NCBI GenBank assembly: GCA_014238095.1
Contig: JABABT010000025.1
Span: 39,460-103,459, forward strand
Reading direction: 5' to 3'
DNA: 64,000 nt
From: Candidatus Aenigmatarchaeota archaeon
GTDB lineage: Archaea > Aenigmatarchaeota > Aenigmatarchaeia > CG10238-14 > SCSR01
The notes beneath the pieces are model-generated. The model worked only from the letters and a program-made list of their open reading frames with translations, ran no database searches and was not told where the DNA came from. The position numbers and the translations under genes were made by a program. Positions 19,861 to 34,244 of the stretch are shown here, piece by piece. Every line of letters starts with the position of its first letter. The stretch's first letter is position 1.

Positions 19861-20298
19861 ATGAAAATATTTAATATAACAAAAATAATTAATTATATGC
19901 AAATTATTTGGAGTAAAACAATAGAAGACTATGCAGAAAAGTTAAAATTGAATAAATTAGAAATTGAAGATACTTATAATAAACCAGATAAAAATCAATC
20001 TATTGCTGGAGTTTATGTTAGTGTAAAATTCTATAATGGTTATGCTATTATTATTACATTTTTTTACAAGGATAATAAAACACATATTATGAATGCTTAC
20101 AAAATTTATCCAAATATGATTACAGTAAATATTGATGAAGTTACTCCTATAGAAATTTTAGAAAATTTTATGAATAATTATGGAATGGAAATAGAAGTTG
20201 AAGGTATTGGAAAAATAAAAATATTTTATGATGAAGCTAATAAAAAATTCTATCAAGGTATTTTGAATGTGGAAAAATATATAGCAAATATTAACTAA
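19861..20298 (+). CDS. hypothetical protein
   Basis: 145-aa ORF with no recognisable motif. Confidence 0.4.
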   Translation: MKIFNITKIINYMQIIWSKTIEDYAEKLKLNKLEIEDTYNKPDKNQSIAGVYVSVKFYNGYAIIITFFYKDNKTHIMNAYKIYPNMITVNIDEVTPIEILENFMNNYGMEIEVEGIGKIKIFYDEANKKFYQGILNVEKYIANIN

Positions 20299-20909
20299 AA
20301 TTTTTCAATATTCCCCTTTAATAAAAAATATTCATCAGAAGATATATTTTTTATTTTATTTTCTCTGTTTTTTATCTCATTAAAATATTTAGCAATTTTA
20401 TAATGTTTAACTTCTTTAATCAAATCTATTGGAGTAATAAAACTAAAAATAGAATTATAATAATCAGATTTTAATAATAATTTTTCTATTTTATTTGAAT
20501 TTATTTTAACTGGACAATTTTTATTTTCTAATATAAAATCAGAAATAATTTCATAATCATTTTCAAAAAATTGTGTGCTTTCTTCTAAAACATTATTTTG
20601 AAATTTCTCATATTTTTCATATGTAGGAAATTGGTTTTTTTGAGATAAAGAAATTTTAATTTTCATTCCTTTATTCATAGATTTATAAAATTCAAATAAA
20701 GAAGATGATGAAAATATACCTATTTTAGAAATTATTTTTTTTACTTCTTCTGGTTTGTTTATATTTGAAGAACCATTTTGTTTAATTATAACCTCTTTTT
20801 TATCATCATTAAAATAAATTTTCTTTTCATTATTAAAATAAATATTATTTTCAAATTGTTTATAATAATCTAATAATGTTAATTTTGCTGTGTAATTTTG
20901 TGTTGACAT
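20295..20909 (-). CDS. hypothetical protein
   Basis: 204-aa ORF with no recognisable motif. Confidence 0.4.
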   Translation of the reverse strand: MSTQNYTAKLTLLDYYKQFENNIYFNNEKKIYFNDDKKEVIIKQNGSSNINKPEEVKKIISKIGIFSSSSLFEFYKSMNKGMKIKISLSQKNQFPTYEKYEKFQNNVLEESTQFFENDYEIISDFILENKNCPVKINSNKIEKLLLKSDYYNSIFSFITPIDLIKEVKHYKIAKYFNEIKNRENKIKNISSDEYFLLKGNIEKF

Positions 20910-20983
20910 AATAAATTCAATTTAAATACAAAACTTAAATATCTATATTTTAATCAATTATCTTTAATTAAAGAGTAATAAAC

Positions 20984-20991
20984 TTTAAATA
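20984..20991 (+). promoter_or_regulatory. putative rRNA promoter TATA box (tttaaata)
   Basis: Archaeal TATA-like octamer ~110 nt upstream of the 16S processing stem. Confidence 0.25.
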
Positions 20992-21180
20992 TTCTTTACA
21001 CTAAAAGATATTTGCCTCACTAAAGTATTAAGGACTTTTAAAGTAACATTAAAATATTATTAATGTTTACAAATGATGAAGTTATTTTTTACTAATGAGA
21101 GCAAGCGAAAATCCTGATTCGCTATCAGGGTAGGTTTGTAAAACAATATTGTTGTAATTTTCAGCAGATGGTTGATGAAA

Positions 21181-21192
21181 CCTAAAGACAGT
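21181..21192 (+). other. 16S rRNA processing-stem 5' strand (cctaaagacagt), pairs with 22795-22806
   Basis: Exact 12-nt reverse complement is found immediately 3' of the 16S. Confidence 0.6.
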
Positions 21193-21203
21193 GTGACCGC
21201 CAA

Positions 21204-22758
<1,555 letters not shown>

Positions 22759-22794
22759 CATTTTAGAGAGAGATCTAGTGTGCAGCGCGAGTCA

Positions 22795-22806
22795 ACTGTC
22801 TTTAGG
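22795..22806 (+). other. 16S rRNA processing-stem 3' strand (actgtctttagg)
   Basis: Reverse complement of 21181-21192. Confidence 0.6.
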
Positions 22807-22952
22807 CATCAATACCATTCTGTTGAGGAAAATAACTAATTTATTTTTAATAATGATTAAATATTTTATCTAGATTTTAGAATAAACTATTTTTTGTATA
22901 ATAAATTATTTTTAATAATATTCTATAAAATTTATCATTTGTAAATGTTTAT

Positions 22953-24413
22953 ATGTTAATAATTCCATTTAATTTTGTGAAAAAGATTAAAAGAACTTCA
23001 AAAAATAAAATGAAAGATGTTTTAAATTTGAGAAAAGAAATTAGTCATGTTATGGAAAAGAAATTTCATATAAGTACTATGATAATTTTAGCTGCTGTAA
23101 TTATTGTTATTGGTTCTTCTCTAATATATATTACTGGAATACAAGCAGGAATGGAAATGAAATTGGATAGTAAAATTATATCAAATTATAATGAAGTACA
23201 ATCAGAAATAGAAAAACATGAAAACAAAAAACCAATTTTAGTTGAAGAATATTATGTAAAAGAATTAGTTAAAAAAGGTATTTTATTATATGATTCTATT
23301 GGTTCAGTAGAAGCATTTAAACAAATATCAGATTCTAATGGTGAATTTATTGAAGGAGAAAAATATCTTTTTGTTCTTAGTACTGATGGAATTATTAAAG
23401 CTCATCCAGCATTTCCTAATTTAATTGGAATAAATCGTACAAATAATGTTGATATAGATGGTTATTCTTATAGTAATGCTATTCTAAATATGGCAACAGA
23501 AAAAGGGGCTTGGATAAGATATAAATTTGAAAATCCAGTTTCAGGTCAAATAGAAGGTAAGAAAACTTGGGTAGTTAGACATGATGATTACATATTTGGT
23601 GTTGGTATTTATGAAGATATTAATAAAATAGATATACAAGATATAGAAGCTAAAGAAATTATTCAACAATCAATTATATTATTTAATAAATATGGAAAAG
23701 AAAAATCATTTGAAATATTTAATAATCCAGAAAATGGTTTTGTTAAAGGTGAACAATATTTATTTGTGATTAATACAGATGGAATTATTGAAGTTCATAC
23801 TGTTTTCCCTAATTTAATCGGTAATGATTATTCTAATTTTATTGATCAAGATAATTATAATGTTGGTTCTGCTATTCTAAATATAGTAACAGAAAAAGGG
23901 GCTTGGATAAGATATAAATTTGAAAATCCAGTTTCAGGTCAAATAGAAAATAAGAAAATTTGGGCAGTTAGAAATAATGATTATATATTTGCATGGAGTA
24001 TTTATGGGGAAGATGTTGAAAGATTAGAAGCAGAAGAAATACAAGCTAAAGAATTTGTAAAACAAGGAATTATATTATTTAATAAATATGGAAAAGAAAA
24101 ATCATTTGAAATATTTAATAATCCAGAAAATGGTTTTGTTAAAGGTGAACAATATTTATTTGTTGAAGATTATAATGGATTTACACGTGTAATACCAGCA
24201 TTTCCACAATATATAGATGTAGATTTCAGTGAATATAGAGATTCTGATGGATTACTTGTACAAGAAATAATTCAAAAGGCTGCAACTATTAATGGTGGAT
24301 GGGCATATTATAAATTTGATAATCCTTCTGGTGATATTGGACAAAAGAAAAGTTGGGTAGTAAAAAGAGGCGATTATATATTTGGTTCTGGTGTATATAT
24401 AGGTCCAGCTTAA
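22953..24413 (+). CDS. membrane-anchored protein with three tandem Cache-like (sCache_2-type) extracellular sensor domains; no output domain
   Basis: N-terminal TM segment (MIILAAVIIVIGSSLIYI), then three ~130-aa repeats each with Y[LI]FV..TDG....HP.FPNLIG...D.D and G.W..YKF.NP..G....KK.WV motifs. Start codon choice is uncertain; alternative Met residues lie at aa 20 and 34. Confidence 0.55.
   Translation: MLIIPFNFVKKIKRTSKNKMKDVLNLRKEISHVMEKKFHISTMIILAAVIIVIGSSLIYITGIQAGMEMKLDSKIISNYNEVQSEIEKHENKKPILVEEYYVKELVKKGILLYDSIGSVEAFKQISDSNGEFIEGEKYLFVLSTDGIIKAHPAFPNLIGINRTNNVDIDGYSYSNAILNMATEKGAWIRYKFENPVSGQIEGKKTWVVRHDDYIFGVGIYEDINKIDIQDIEAKEIIQQSIILFNKYGKEKSFEIFNNPENGFVKGEQYLFVINTDGIIEVHTVFPNLIGNDYSNFIDQDNYNVGSAILNIVTEKGAWIRYKFENPVSGQIENKKIWAVRNNDYIFAWSIYGEDVERLEAEEIQAKEFVKQGIILFNKYGKEKSFEIFNNPENGFVKGEQYLFVEDYNGFTRVIPAFPQYIDVDFSEYRDSDGLLVQEIIQKAATINGGWAYYKFDNPSGDIGQKKSWVVKRGDYIFGSGVYIGPA
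23478..24265 (+). repeat. intragenic tandem direct repeat, two ~393-396-bp units with long near-identical stretches
   Basis: gctattctaaatat..gaaaaaggggcttggataagatataaatttgaaaatccagtttcaggtcaaatagaa occurs at 23478/23499 and again at 23871/23892. tatattatttaataaatatggaaaagaaaaatcatttgaaatatttaataatccagaaaatggttttgttaaaggtgaacaatatttatttgt occurs at 23675 and 24071. Confidence 0.85.
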
Positions 24414-24476
24414 TATAAATTTATTATATAAATTTAAATATAACTTTATTAATTAATAATAATTAAATATTTTTAT

Positions 24477-24550
24477 GGGCCGGTAGTTAAGCTCGGTATA
24501 ACGCCCGCTTTGCAAGCGGGAGGCCACGGGTTCAAATCCCGTCCGGTCCA
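24477..24550 (+). tRNA. tRNA-Ala (UGC)
   Basis: Acceptor GGGCCGG/CCGGTCC with a G3:U70 identity pair. Anticodon stem CCCGC/GCGGG, loop TTTGCAA, T-arm ACGGG-TTCAAAT-CCCGT, discriminator A. CCA is not encoded. Confidence 0.85.
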
Positions 24551-24588
24551 TATATAACCTTTTTCTTATGAAAACATAATATAATACA

Positions 24589-27234
24589 ATGAAAAATTCA
24601 CATAGTATAAAAATAAAAGATGTTTTTAATGAATTGAAAACAACAAAAATGGGTCTTAATGAAAATGGAGTAAAATCAAAATTAATAAAATTTGGATTAA
24701 ATAAAATTGAAGAAAAACCTAGTAAAACACCATTTCAGATTTTCCTATCACAATTTAAAAGCATATTAATTATAGTATTGATAATCGCAGCTGTAATATC
24801 TTTTTCATTAGGAGAATTACCAAATGGTATAGCAATTAGTGTAATTATAATTCTGAATTCTTTATTAGGATTTCACCAAGAATATAAAGCAGAAAAATCT
24901 ATTGAAGCTCTAAGAAAACTTATAATTCCTAAAGTAACTGTTTATCGTAATAAATTACCAATTGAATTACCTGCGAATCAATTAGTTCCAGGAGATATTA
25001 TTGATATTGAAGAAGGTAATAGAATTCCTGCTGATGTAAGAATTTTTGAATCTATAAATTTAAAAATTGATGAATCAACATTAACTGGTGAATCTATTCC
25101 AGTCAAAAAAACTACTGAAGTATTGAAAATGGATATTGAAATTGGAGATAAAACTAATATGGCTTTTATGGGTACATTAGTTCAAACTGGAAGAGGAAAA
25201 GGTGTTGTAGTTAATACTGGAATGAAATCTGAACTTGGAAAAATTGCTTCATTAATACAAGAAAGAGAAAAACCAACACCTCTTCAAATTAAATTAAATA
25301 AATTTGGCTTTAATATTGGGAAAATAACATTAATTATTGCAGCAATAATTTTTGGTATGGGATATTTTTTGGGATTGGAACTTTTTATAATATTTTTAAC
25401 AAGTATTAGTTTGGCTGTTGCTATAATACCTGAAGGTTTGGCTGCTGTTGTTGCACTTACTTTATCTATAGGTACAAAGAAGATGTTAAAGAAAAATGTA
25501 GTTGTAAGGAAACTTGCATCAGTAGAAGCTCTTGGTTCTGCTACTGTGATATGTTCAGATAAAACTGGAACTATGACATCAAATCAAATAACTGTAGAAA
25601 AAATATGGACTAATGGAAAAATAATTGATGTTACAGGTATTGGCTTCGAACCTAAAGGTGAATTTAAAATAGATAATAATATTATTGATTCTACTAAAAA
25701 TAAAAATCTTCAAAATATTTTCAGAATATCTAAAATGTGTAATAATGCTATATTGAAAAATGAAGATAAATGGAAAATTATTGGAGATCCAACAGAAGGT
25801 GCATTAAAGGTTCTTTCAATTAAAGGAAAATTTAACGAAAATTTTAATAGAATATATGAAATTCCTTTTTCATCAGAAAGAAAAAGAATGACAACAATTC
25901 ATGAAATTAATTCAGAATATTTTGCATTTTGTAAAGGTGCACCAGAAATTATTTTAGATAATTGTAAAATAAATAATTATGAAAAAGAAAAAATTATGAA
26001 AATTATACATAATTTCGCTGGAAATGGAATGCGTGTTCTAGGATTGGCATATAAACCTATAAAGAAACCTTTTAATGATGTTGAAATTGAAAAAGGAATG
26101 ATTTTTGTTGGATTAGTTGGAATGATAGACCCTCCAAGAGAAGATATTAAAGAATCTATTAAAACATGTAGAAATGCTGGAATAAGAACAATGATGTTAA
26201 CTGGAGATCATAAATTAACTGCAAAATCTATAGCAAATGAAATTGGAATTAATGGAGATGTTATAACTGGTATTGAAATTGATAAAATGAGTGAAGAAGA
26301 ATTTATAGATAAAGTAAAATATGTAAATGTATTTGCAAGAATTTCTCCTGAACATAAATTAAGAATTGTAAAAATTTTACAAAATATGGGAGAAATAGTT
26401 GCAGTTACTGGTGATGGTGTTAATGATGCTCCAGCATTAAAAGCAGCAGAAATTGGAATTGCAATGGGTATAAAGGGTAGTGATGTTTCAAAAGAATCTT
26501 CTGAAATGATTTTACTTGATGATAATTTTTCATCTATTGTTGGTGCTATTAAGGAAGGTAGAGGTATTTATGATAATATAGAAAAATTTATTAGATATTT
26601 ATTAGCTACAAATACTGGAGAAGTTTTATTCATAACAATTCCAATAATTTTTTTATTTTCACCTGAATTATTACCAACATTATTACCTGTTCAATTATTA
26701 TGGATTAATTTAGTAACTGATGGATTACCAGCATTATCTCTAGGTATAGATCCAAAAAATAAAGATATAATGAAAAATAGACCACATAATCCAAAAGAAA
26801 CTATATTGAAAAATAATTGGTCTTTTGTTTTAATAGGAGGAGTAGCTGCATTCTTAGTAACATTTTTTGCATTTATGATGTTTATTGATAGTGGAATAGA
26901 TAAAGCTAGAACAATTTCATTTTCTACTCTTGTAATATTTGAACTTTTCTTTGTGTTTAATTGTCGTTCTGAAACTAAGGGTATATTTAGATATAATCCA
27001 ATAAACAATAAATGGTTATTAATTGCGATAGTTGCATCTATATTATTACAATTATTAATTGTTCAAGTAGAATTCTTTAATCAATTCTTAGGAACAGTAC
27101 CATTAGAATTAAATGAATGGCTAATTGTATTTGGTTTAGGTAGTTTAGGATTTTTATTAATACCTGAATTAATTAATAAAATAAAAAATATATTAATAAA
27201 AAATAAAAGAAAAATTAAAATTAAATTTTTATGA
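24589..27234 (+). CDS. P-type cation-transporting ATPase (P2-type, Ca2+/Mg2+-like)
   Basis: 881 aa with CSDKTGTMT phosphorylation motif, TGDGVNDAPALKAAEIGIAMG, and 10-TM topology. Confidence 0.85.
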   Translation: MKNSHSIKIKDVFNELKTTKMGLNENGVKSKLIKFGLNKIEEKPSKTPFQIFLSQFKSILIIVLIIAAVISFSLGELPNGIAISVIIILNSLLGFHQEYKAEKSIEALRKLIIPKVTVYRNKLPIELPANQLVPGDIIDIEEGNRIPADVRIFESINLKIDESTLTGESIPVKKTTEVLKMDIEIGDKTNMAFMGTLVQTGRGKGVVVNTGMKSELGKIASLIQEREKPTPLQIKLNKFGFNIGKITLIIAAIIFGMGYFLGLELFIIFLTSISLAVAIIPEGLAAVVALTLSIGTKKMLKKNVVVRKLASVEALGSATVICSDKTGTMTSNQITVEKIWTNGKIIDVTGIGFEPKGEFKIDNNIIDSTKNKNLQNIFRISKMCNNAILKNEDKWKIIGDPTEGALKVLSIKGKFNENFNRIYEIPFSSERKRMTTIHEINSEYFAFCKGAPEIILDNCKINNYEKEKIMKIIHNFAGNGMRVLGLAYKPIKKPFNDVEIEKGMIFVGLVGMIDPPREDIKESIKTCRNAGIRTMMLTGDHKLTAKSIANEIGINGDVITGIEIDKMSEEEFIDKVKYVNVFARISPEHKLRIVKILQNMGEIVAVTGDGVNDAPALKAAEIGIAMGIKGSDVSKESSEMILLDDNFSSIVGAIKEGRGIYDNIEKFIRYLLATNTGEVLFITIPIIFLFSPELLPTLLPVQLLWINLVTDGLPALSLGIDPKNKDIMKNRPHNPKETILKNNWSFVLIGGVAAFLVTFFAFMMFIDSGIDKARTISFSTLVIFELFFVFNCRSETKGIFRYNPINNKWLLIAIVASILLQLLIVQVEFFNQFLGTVPLELNEWLIVFGLGSLGFLLIPELINKIKNILIKNKRKIKIKFL

Positions 27235-27410
27235 TTTATGAATTTTGGTATGGTAAATTCTTAGAATATAAAAGTTAATAATAATTTGTAGAAATTTTAT
27301 AAAATAAATTAATTAATGAATTATAATATTTACTTAAAATTTTATTTGAAGAAAATAAATATTTTTCATAATTAAGTATAATCCTAAATACCTAACATCT
27401 AATATATTTA

Positions 27411-27743
27411 TTAATAAATATCTCTATGTGTTTCATACATAAAACTAGCATCTTTATTTAATTTTTTTATTTCATTTTTGACAAAATTAAAAATTTGATT
27501 TGAATTAACTTGTTTTTTCTTCTCAATCCATTTAATAGAATTCTTCATAATTAATTTACTCAATTTTCTAGCTTCAGAATCTTTCATATGTGAAGATAAA
27601 CATGCAAAATAACATGTCGAATATATTTTTTTGGAATTAAATATTTCAAAATTCCCTTTTCTTTTTACAATATGTATATCTAAAATATTAGATTTACGAA
27701 TCTTTTTATTTTTATTGTTATTTTTTGATTTATTTAATATCAT
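27411..27743 (-). CDS. ATP-cone domain protein
   Basis: 110 aa with a basic N-terminus. IHIVKRKGNFEIFNSKKIY....ARKLSKLIMKN resembles the ATP-cone of NrdR/RNR regulators. Confidence 0.45.
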   Translation of the reverse strand: MILNKSKNNNKNKKIRKSNILDIHIVKRKGNFEIFNSKKIYSTCYFACLSSHMKDSEARKLSKLIMKNSIKWIEKKKQVNSNQIFNFVKNEIKKLNKDASFMYETHRDIY

Positions 27744-27746
27744 TTT

Positions 27747-28457
27747 CTAACCTAAATTAATTGTACCATTTGAAATTAAAATTAATAACCAACCCATTCC
27801 AATTAACATTAATCCTATTAATAATCTCATGAAACCTCTATTATTCATTTTCCATTTTTTAATTTTATGTAATTTAACACCTGCTCCTACAAGTCCAAGT
27901 ATTATAATTAATGGTGCTACAAAAACAACATTATAAAGAATTAATAATAATAAAGCTGTGAAATCAAAATTTATTGAAAGTAAAGTAATTATCGCAAGGT
28001 AAGGTGCACCTGTACATGGAAGTTCAACAGCTGATACAAACATACCAAGTAAAATTACACCAGGTATACTAACATTATTAGTCATTTCATGTATTTTTTT
28101 TGTGAACATAGAAGGAATTGTTAAAGAGAAACCTTTACCATACCAAAAGAAATCTTTTATTTCAAATATACCTGCAATTATAATTACTGATCCTACTATA
28201 ATTGAAATATATTCTGTAATTACAAGAGGTAAATCTGTTAAGAAATATAATAAACCTACTCCAGCTGCAAGATATGTACCAAAAACTGCAAGAATATAAA
28301 AACTACCAAGAACAAGCATTTTTTTTACACTATTTTTACCAGACATTATTACAGAAACCATTAAAATTAATACACCAATTGCACATGGATTAATTGAATC
28401 TATTATTGCTGTTGTTAAAATAATACCCAATGAAGGTAAGAATGCTTCAACTGCCAT
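27747..28457 (-). CDS. ccdA: CcdA/DsbD-family thiol:disulfide interchange transmembrane protein
   Basis: Polytopic membrane protein. It has IDSINPCAIGVL and a second Cys in a later TM (VELPCTGAPY), the typical CcdA pair. Confidence 0.65.
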   Translation of the reverse strand: MAVEAFLPSLGIILTTAIIDSINPCAIGVLILMVSVIMSGKNSVKKMLVLGSFYILAVFGTYLAAGVGLLYFLTDLPLVITEYISIIVGSVIIIAGIFEIKDFFWYGKGFSLTIPSMFTKKIHEMTNNVSIPGVILLGMFVSAVELPCTGAPYLAIITLLSINFDFTALLLLILYNVVFVAPLIIILGLVGAGVKLHKIKKWKMNNRGFMRLLIGLMLIGMGWLLILISNGTINLG

Positions 28458-28459
28458 TT

Positions 28460-29287
28460 TTATACCATCTCCCTTAATTCATTATTTGTGATTGAAATTC
28501 TATTAGTTTCACATATTTTATCGGTTTTGTTTTTCACTTCATCAAATTCAAAAATAATACAATCTCCTGGTGGAATTGTACTATATGGAGACAAAATATA
28601 ATCAGAAGGATTTTCTATTTTTTCTTGTATATAAATCCAATTTTTTAAATCATTTGGATTTATTATTTTATAAACAAATACCTGAAATTCTGATGTTTTC
28701 CCATTACAATCATTTCCATTTATATTCAATATTCCTTGATTTGTTGGTACAATAAATGATTCATTTGTAATAGATCCTCCAATTACATCAAAAAAACTAT
28801 GTAAATTTATGTGTTCATTTTTAACAACTAAACCTTCAACATGAATTCTATCATCACCATGTTCATGTAATACAGGTGTTCCAATTCTATTTGAAAATCC
28901 AGTTGGATTTTTAATATCTATTTTTTCTCCACAATTCCAAATTTCAAAATCAGCATGCCAATGTACTGGTCCTCCTGTTACTGAATTTAAATTTAAATAA
29001 ATAGTTCCACCTGTAATAAATAATGTTATTATTATTGTAGGTGTAATTATACAAATGAAAAATATTTTCTTTAAATTTTCTTTTTTTGTTTTATAAAATA
29101 TAGAAATTATTGTAAATATTGAAATTATTATAGAACCAATAATTATAAAATTTACAGAATAATTTGTAATTAAATTATCAATTCTTTTTTCATTTTGATT
29201 AATATCTGATTGATGTGATAAAACTATTGGTAGTGATAAAAACATAAATGAAAAAAATATTAAAATAAAAATATTTTTATTTAACAA
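28460..29287 (-). CDS. membrane-anchored extracytoplasmic protein with His-rich (HWHAD, HEHGDD) and 4-Cys domain
   Basis: Two N-terminal TM helices, then a soluble domain with HxH motifs and four Cys. The annotated start is TTG; an in-frame ATG lies at codon 15. Confidence 0.45.
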   Translation of the reverse strand: MLNKNIFILIFFSFMFLSLPIVLSHQSDINQNEKRIDNLITNYSVNFIIIGSIIISIFTIISIFYKTKKENLKKIFFICIITPTIIITLFITGGTIYLNLNSVTGGPVHWHADFEIWNCGEKIDIKNPTGFSNRIGTPVLHEHGDDRIHVEGLVVKNEHINLHSFFDVIGGSITNESFIVPTNQGILNINGNDCNGKTSEFQVFVYKIINPNDLKNWIYIQEKIENPSDYILSPYSTIPPGDCIIFEFDEVKNKTDKICETNRISITNNELREMV

Positions 29288-29421
29288 AATTCACATACCC
29301 CTGATTTTTTAGATTTATTTTTTCCATAAGATTTTATACAATTTGATGAACAAAAAGATTTTCCAGATCTTAATGTAAAATCTTCAGTTTTTTTACCACA
29401 TTCAAAACACTTTTTTATCAT
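29281..29421 (-). CDS. small TRASH/YHS-like metal-binding zinc-ribbon protein
   Basis: Hand-translated 46 aa: MIKKCFECGKKTEDFTLRSGKSFCSSNCIKSYGKNKSKKSGVCEFC. The C-x2-C-G...F-C-S-x2-C pattern matches TRASH. Its stop overlaps the start of the upstream gene. Confidence 0.5.
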   Translation of the reverse strand: MIKKCFECGKKTEDFTLRSGKSFCSSNCIKSYGKNKSKKSGVCEFC

Positions 29422-29872
29422 ATATTTAATTAGTAAATATTATTTAAATTTTTATGTTTTATTGATTTATTTAAAAAAAATAGCCATTTTTTATTATTTA
29501 TAAAAAAAACCAAATTGTATAGTTATTGGTAAAGTTTTAAAATTTAGTTTATCAACAAAATCAAACCATACTAAAGCTTTAAATATATTCATCTCCATTT
29601 TATTAAAACGCGGTGTAGTATAAATGGTAGATAATCTTCCATTGATCCTTTAACTTAGTGATGATTGGTTTTCTCTTTCACATTAATTTGCGTTAGAGAA
29701 TTGGACACCTTAAGAGCTAAATAAAATAAGGGATTATTTTTAACATCGTGATACAAATGTATGCAAATCTACAACTGCTGATTGTAGGTTGAAGAGTGGA
29801 TAGGCTGATGATTTTAAATTCGACTCTGATAATATATGAAGAGCGAACTGTCTATAAGAGGCCATTATTATA

Positions 29873-29898
29873 ATGATACTATCATAGGATTAAGTTGG
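29873..29898 (+). other. 23S rRNA processing-stem 5' strand (atgatactatcataggattaagttgg)
   Basis: A 25/26-nt reverse complement is present at 33156-33180. Confidence 0.7.
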
Positions 29899-33155
<3,257 letters not shown>

Positions 33156-33180
33156 CAACTTAATCCTATGATAGTATCAT
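33156..33180 (+). other. 23S rRNA processing-stem 3' strand (caacttaatcctatgatagtatcat)
   Basis: Reverse complement of 29873-29898. Confidence 0.7.
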
Positions 33181-33241
33181 ATTTTATTCCATTTTAGAAT
33201 AAATTTAATTTGAAAAATATTAGAACTTCATAATCATAAAA

Positions 33242-34210
33242 TTAAATTTTCTTATATTTCTTATCTAACCAAAAAAACATAGAAATACCTATTACAAATA
33301 AACAAATTAATAATATGAAGTAACTATATTCATTTTGAATTTCCGGTATATTTACAAAATTTGTTCCATATATTCCTGTAATAAATGTAAGTGGTAAAAA
33401 TATTGTTGCTATTACTGTAAGTTGTTTTGATACCTGACCCATTGAATTTACTTGAATGGATGAATAAGTTTCAAATATACTTCCAATTAATTCACGATGA
33501 GAATCTATATTCAAAGAGAATTTATAAATATGATCATAAATGTCACGGAAATAAATTAAAATATCTTCTCTAATAAAAGGAAACTCTCCATGAGAAATTT
33601 TATTAATAAGATCTCTTTCTGGAACAATAATTTTTCTAATTTGTGATATTTCTTTTCTATGTTCACTTAATTTTCTTAATGTATTTTCTGTTTTTCCAGA
33701 AAATAAATTGTCTTCAAGTTGATCTAATTCTGTATCTAAATCATCAATTATTTTATTAAATGTGTCAACTTCTATATCAATAATATTATGCATTATATTT
33801 TCAGGACCATGTTTTATAATAATATTCTGATTAATTATTCTTTTTCTATATTCTTCGATTTTTTCTATTCCTTCATTATGAAATGTTATTATAAAATTTT
33901 TACCTAAACAAAAATTGATTTCATTTAATCCTATTATTTTTTTATCTTTTTCATAAAAAATTGCATGAAAAATAAGAAAAATATATTTTTTATCAACAAT
34001 ATCTACTTTAGGTAATGGATTATCTGATTTCATGTCTTCTATAGTTAATGGGTGTATATGAAAATTTCTTTGTAAAAAATTATAATCATTATCTTTTGGA
34101 TTAACAACATCAACCCAAATAAAAGTATTTTCATCTTCTATTTTTTTTACATCTATATGATTCATTAATGTACTTGGTTTACCATTTTTTACTAAAATCA
34201 TTCTTAACAT
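33242..34210 (-). CDS. corA: CorA-family Mg2+/Co2+ transporter (GTN variant of GMN motif)
   Basis: 322 aa with two C-terminal TM helices. YGTNFVNIPE lies in the loop where CorA carries YGMNF. Confidence 0.7.
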   Translation of the reverse strand: MLRMILVKNGKPSTLMNHIDVKKIEDENTFIWVDVVNPKDNDYNFLQRNFHIHPLTIEDMKSDNPLPKVDIVDKKYIFLIFHAIFYEKDKKIIGLNEINFCLGKNFIITFHNEGIEKIEEYRKRIINQNIIIKHGPENIMHNIIDIEVDTFNKIIDDLDTELDQLEDNLFSGKTENTLRKLSEHRKEISQIRKIIVPERDLINKISHGEFPFIREDILIYFRDIYDHIYKFSLNIDSHRELIGSIFETYSSIQVNSMGQVSKQLTVIATIFLPLTFITGIYGTNFVNIPEIQNEYSYFILLICLFVIGISMFFWLDKKYKKI

Positions 34211-34244
34211 AATATAATTTATGTATCTTATACAAATTAAAGTT

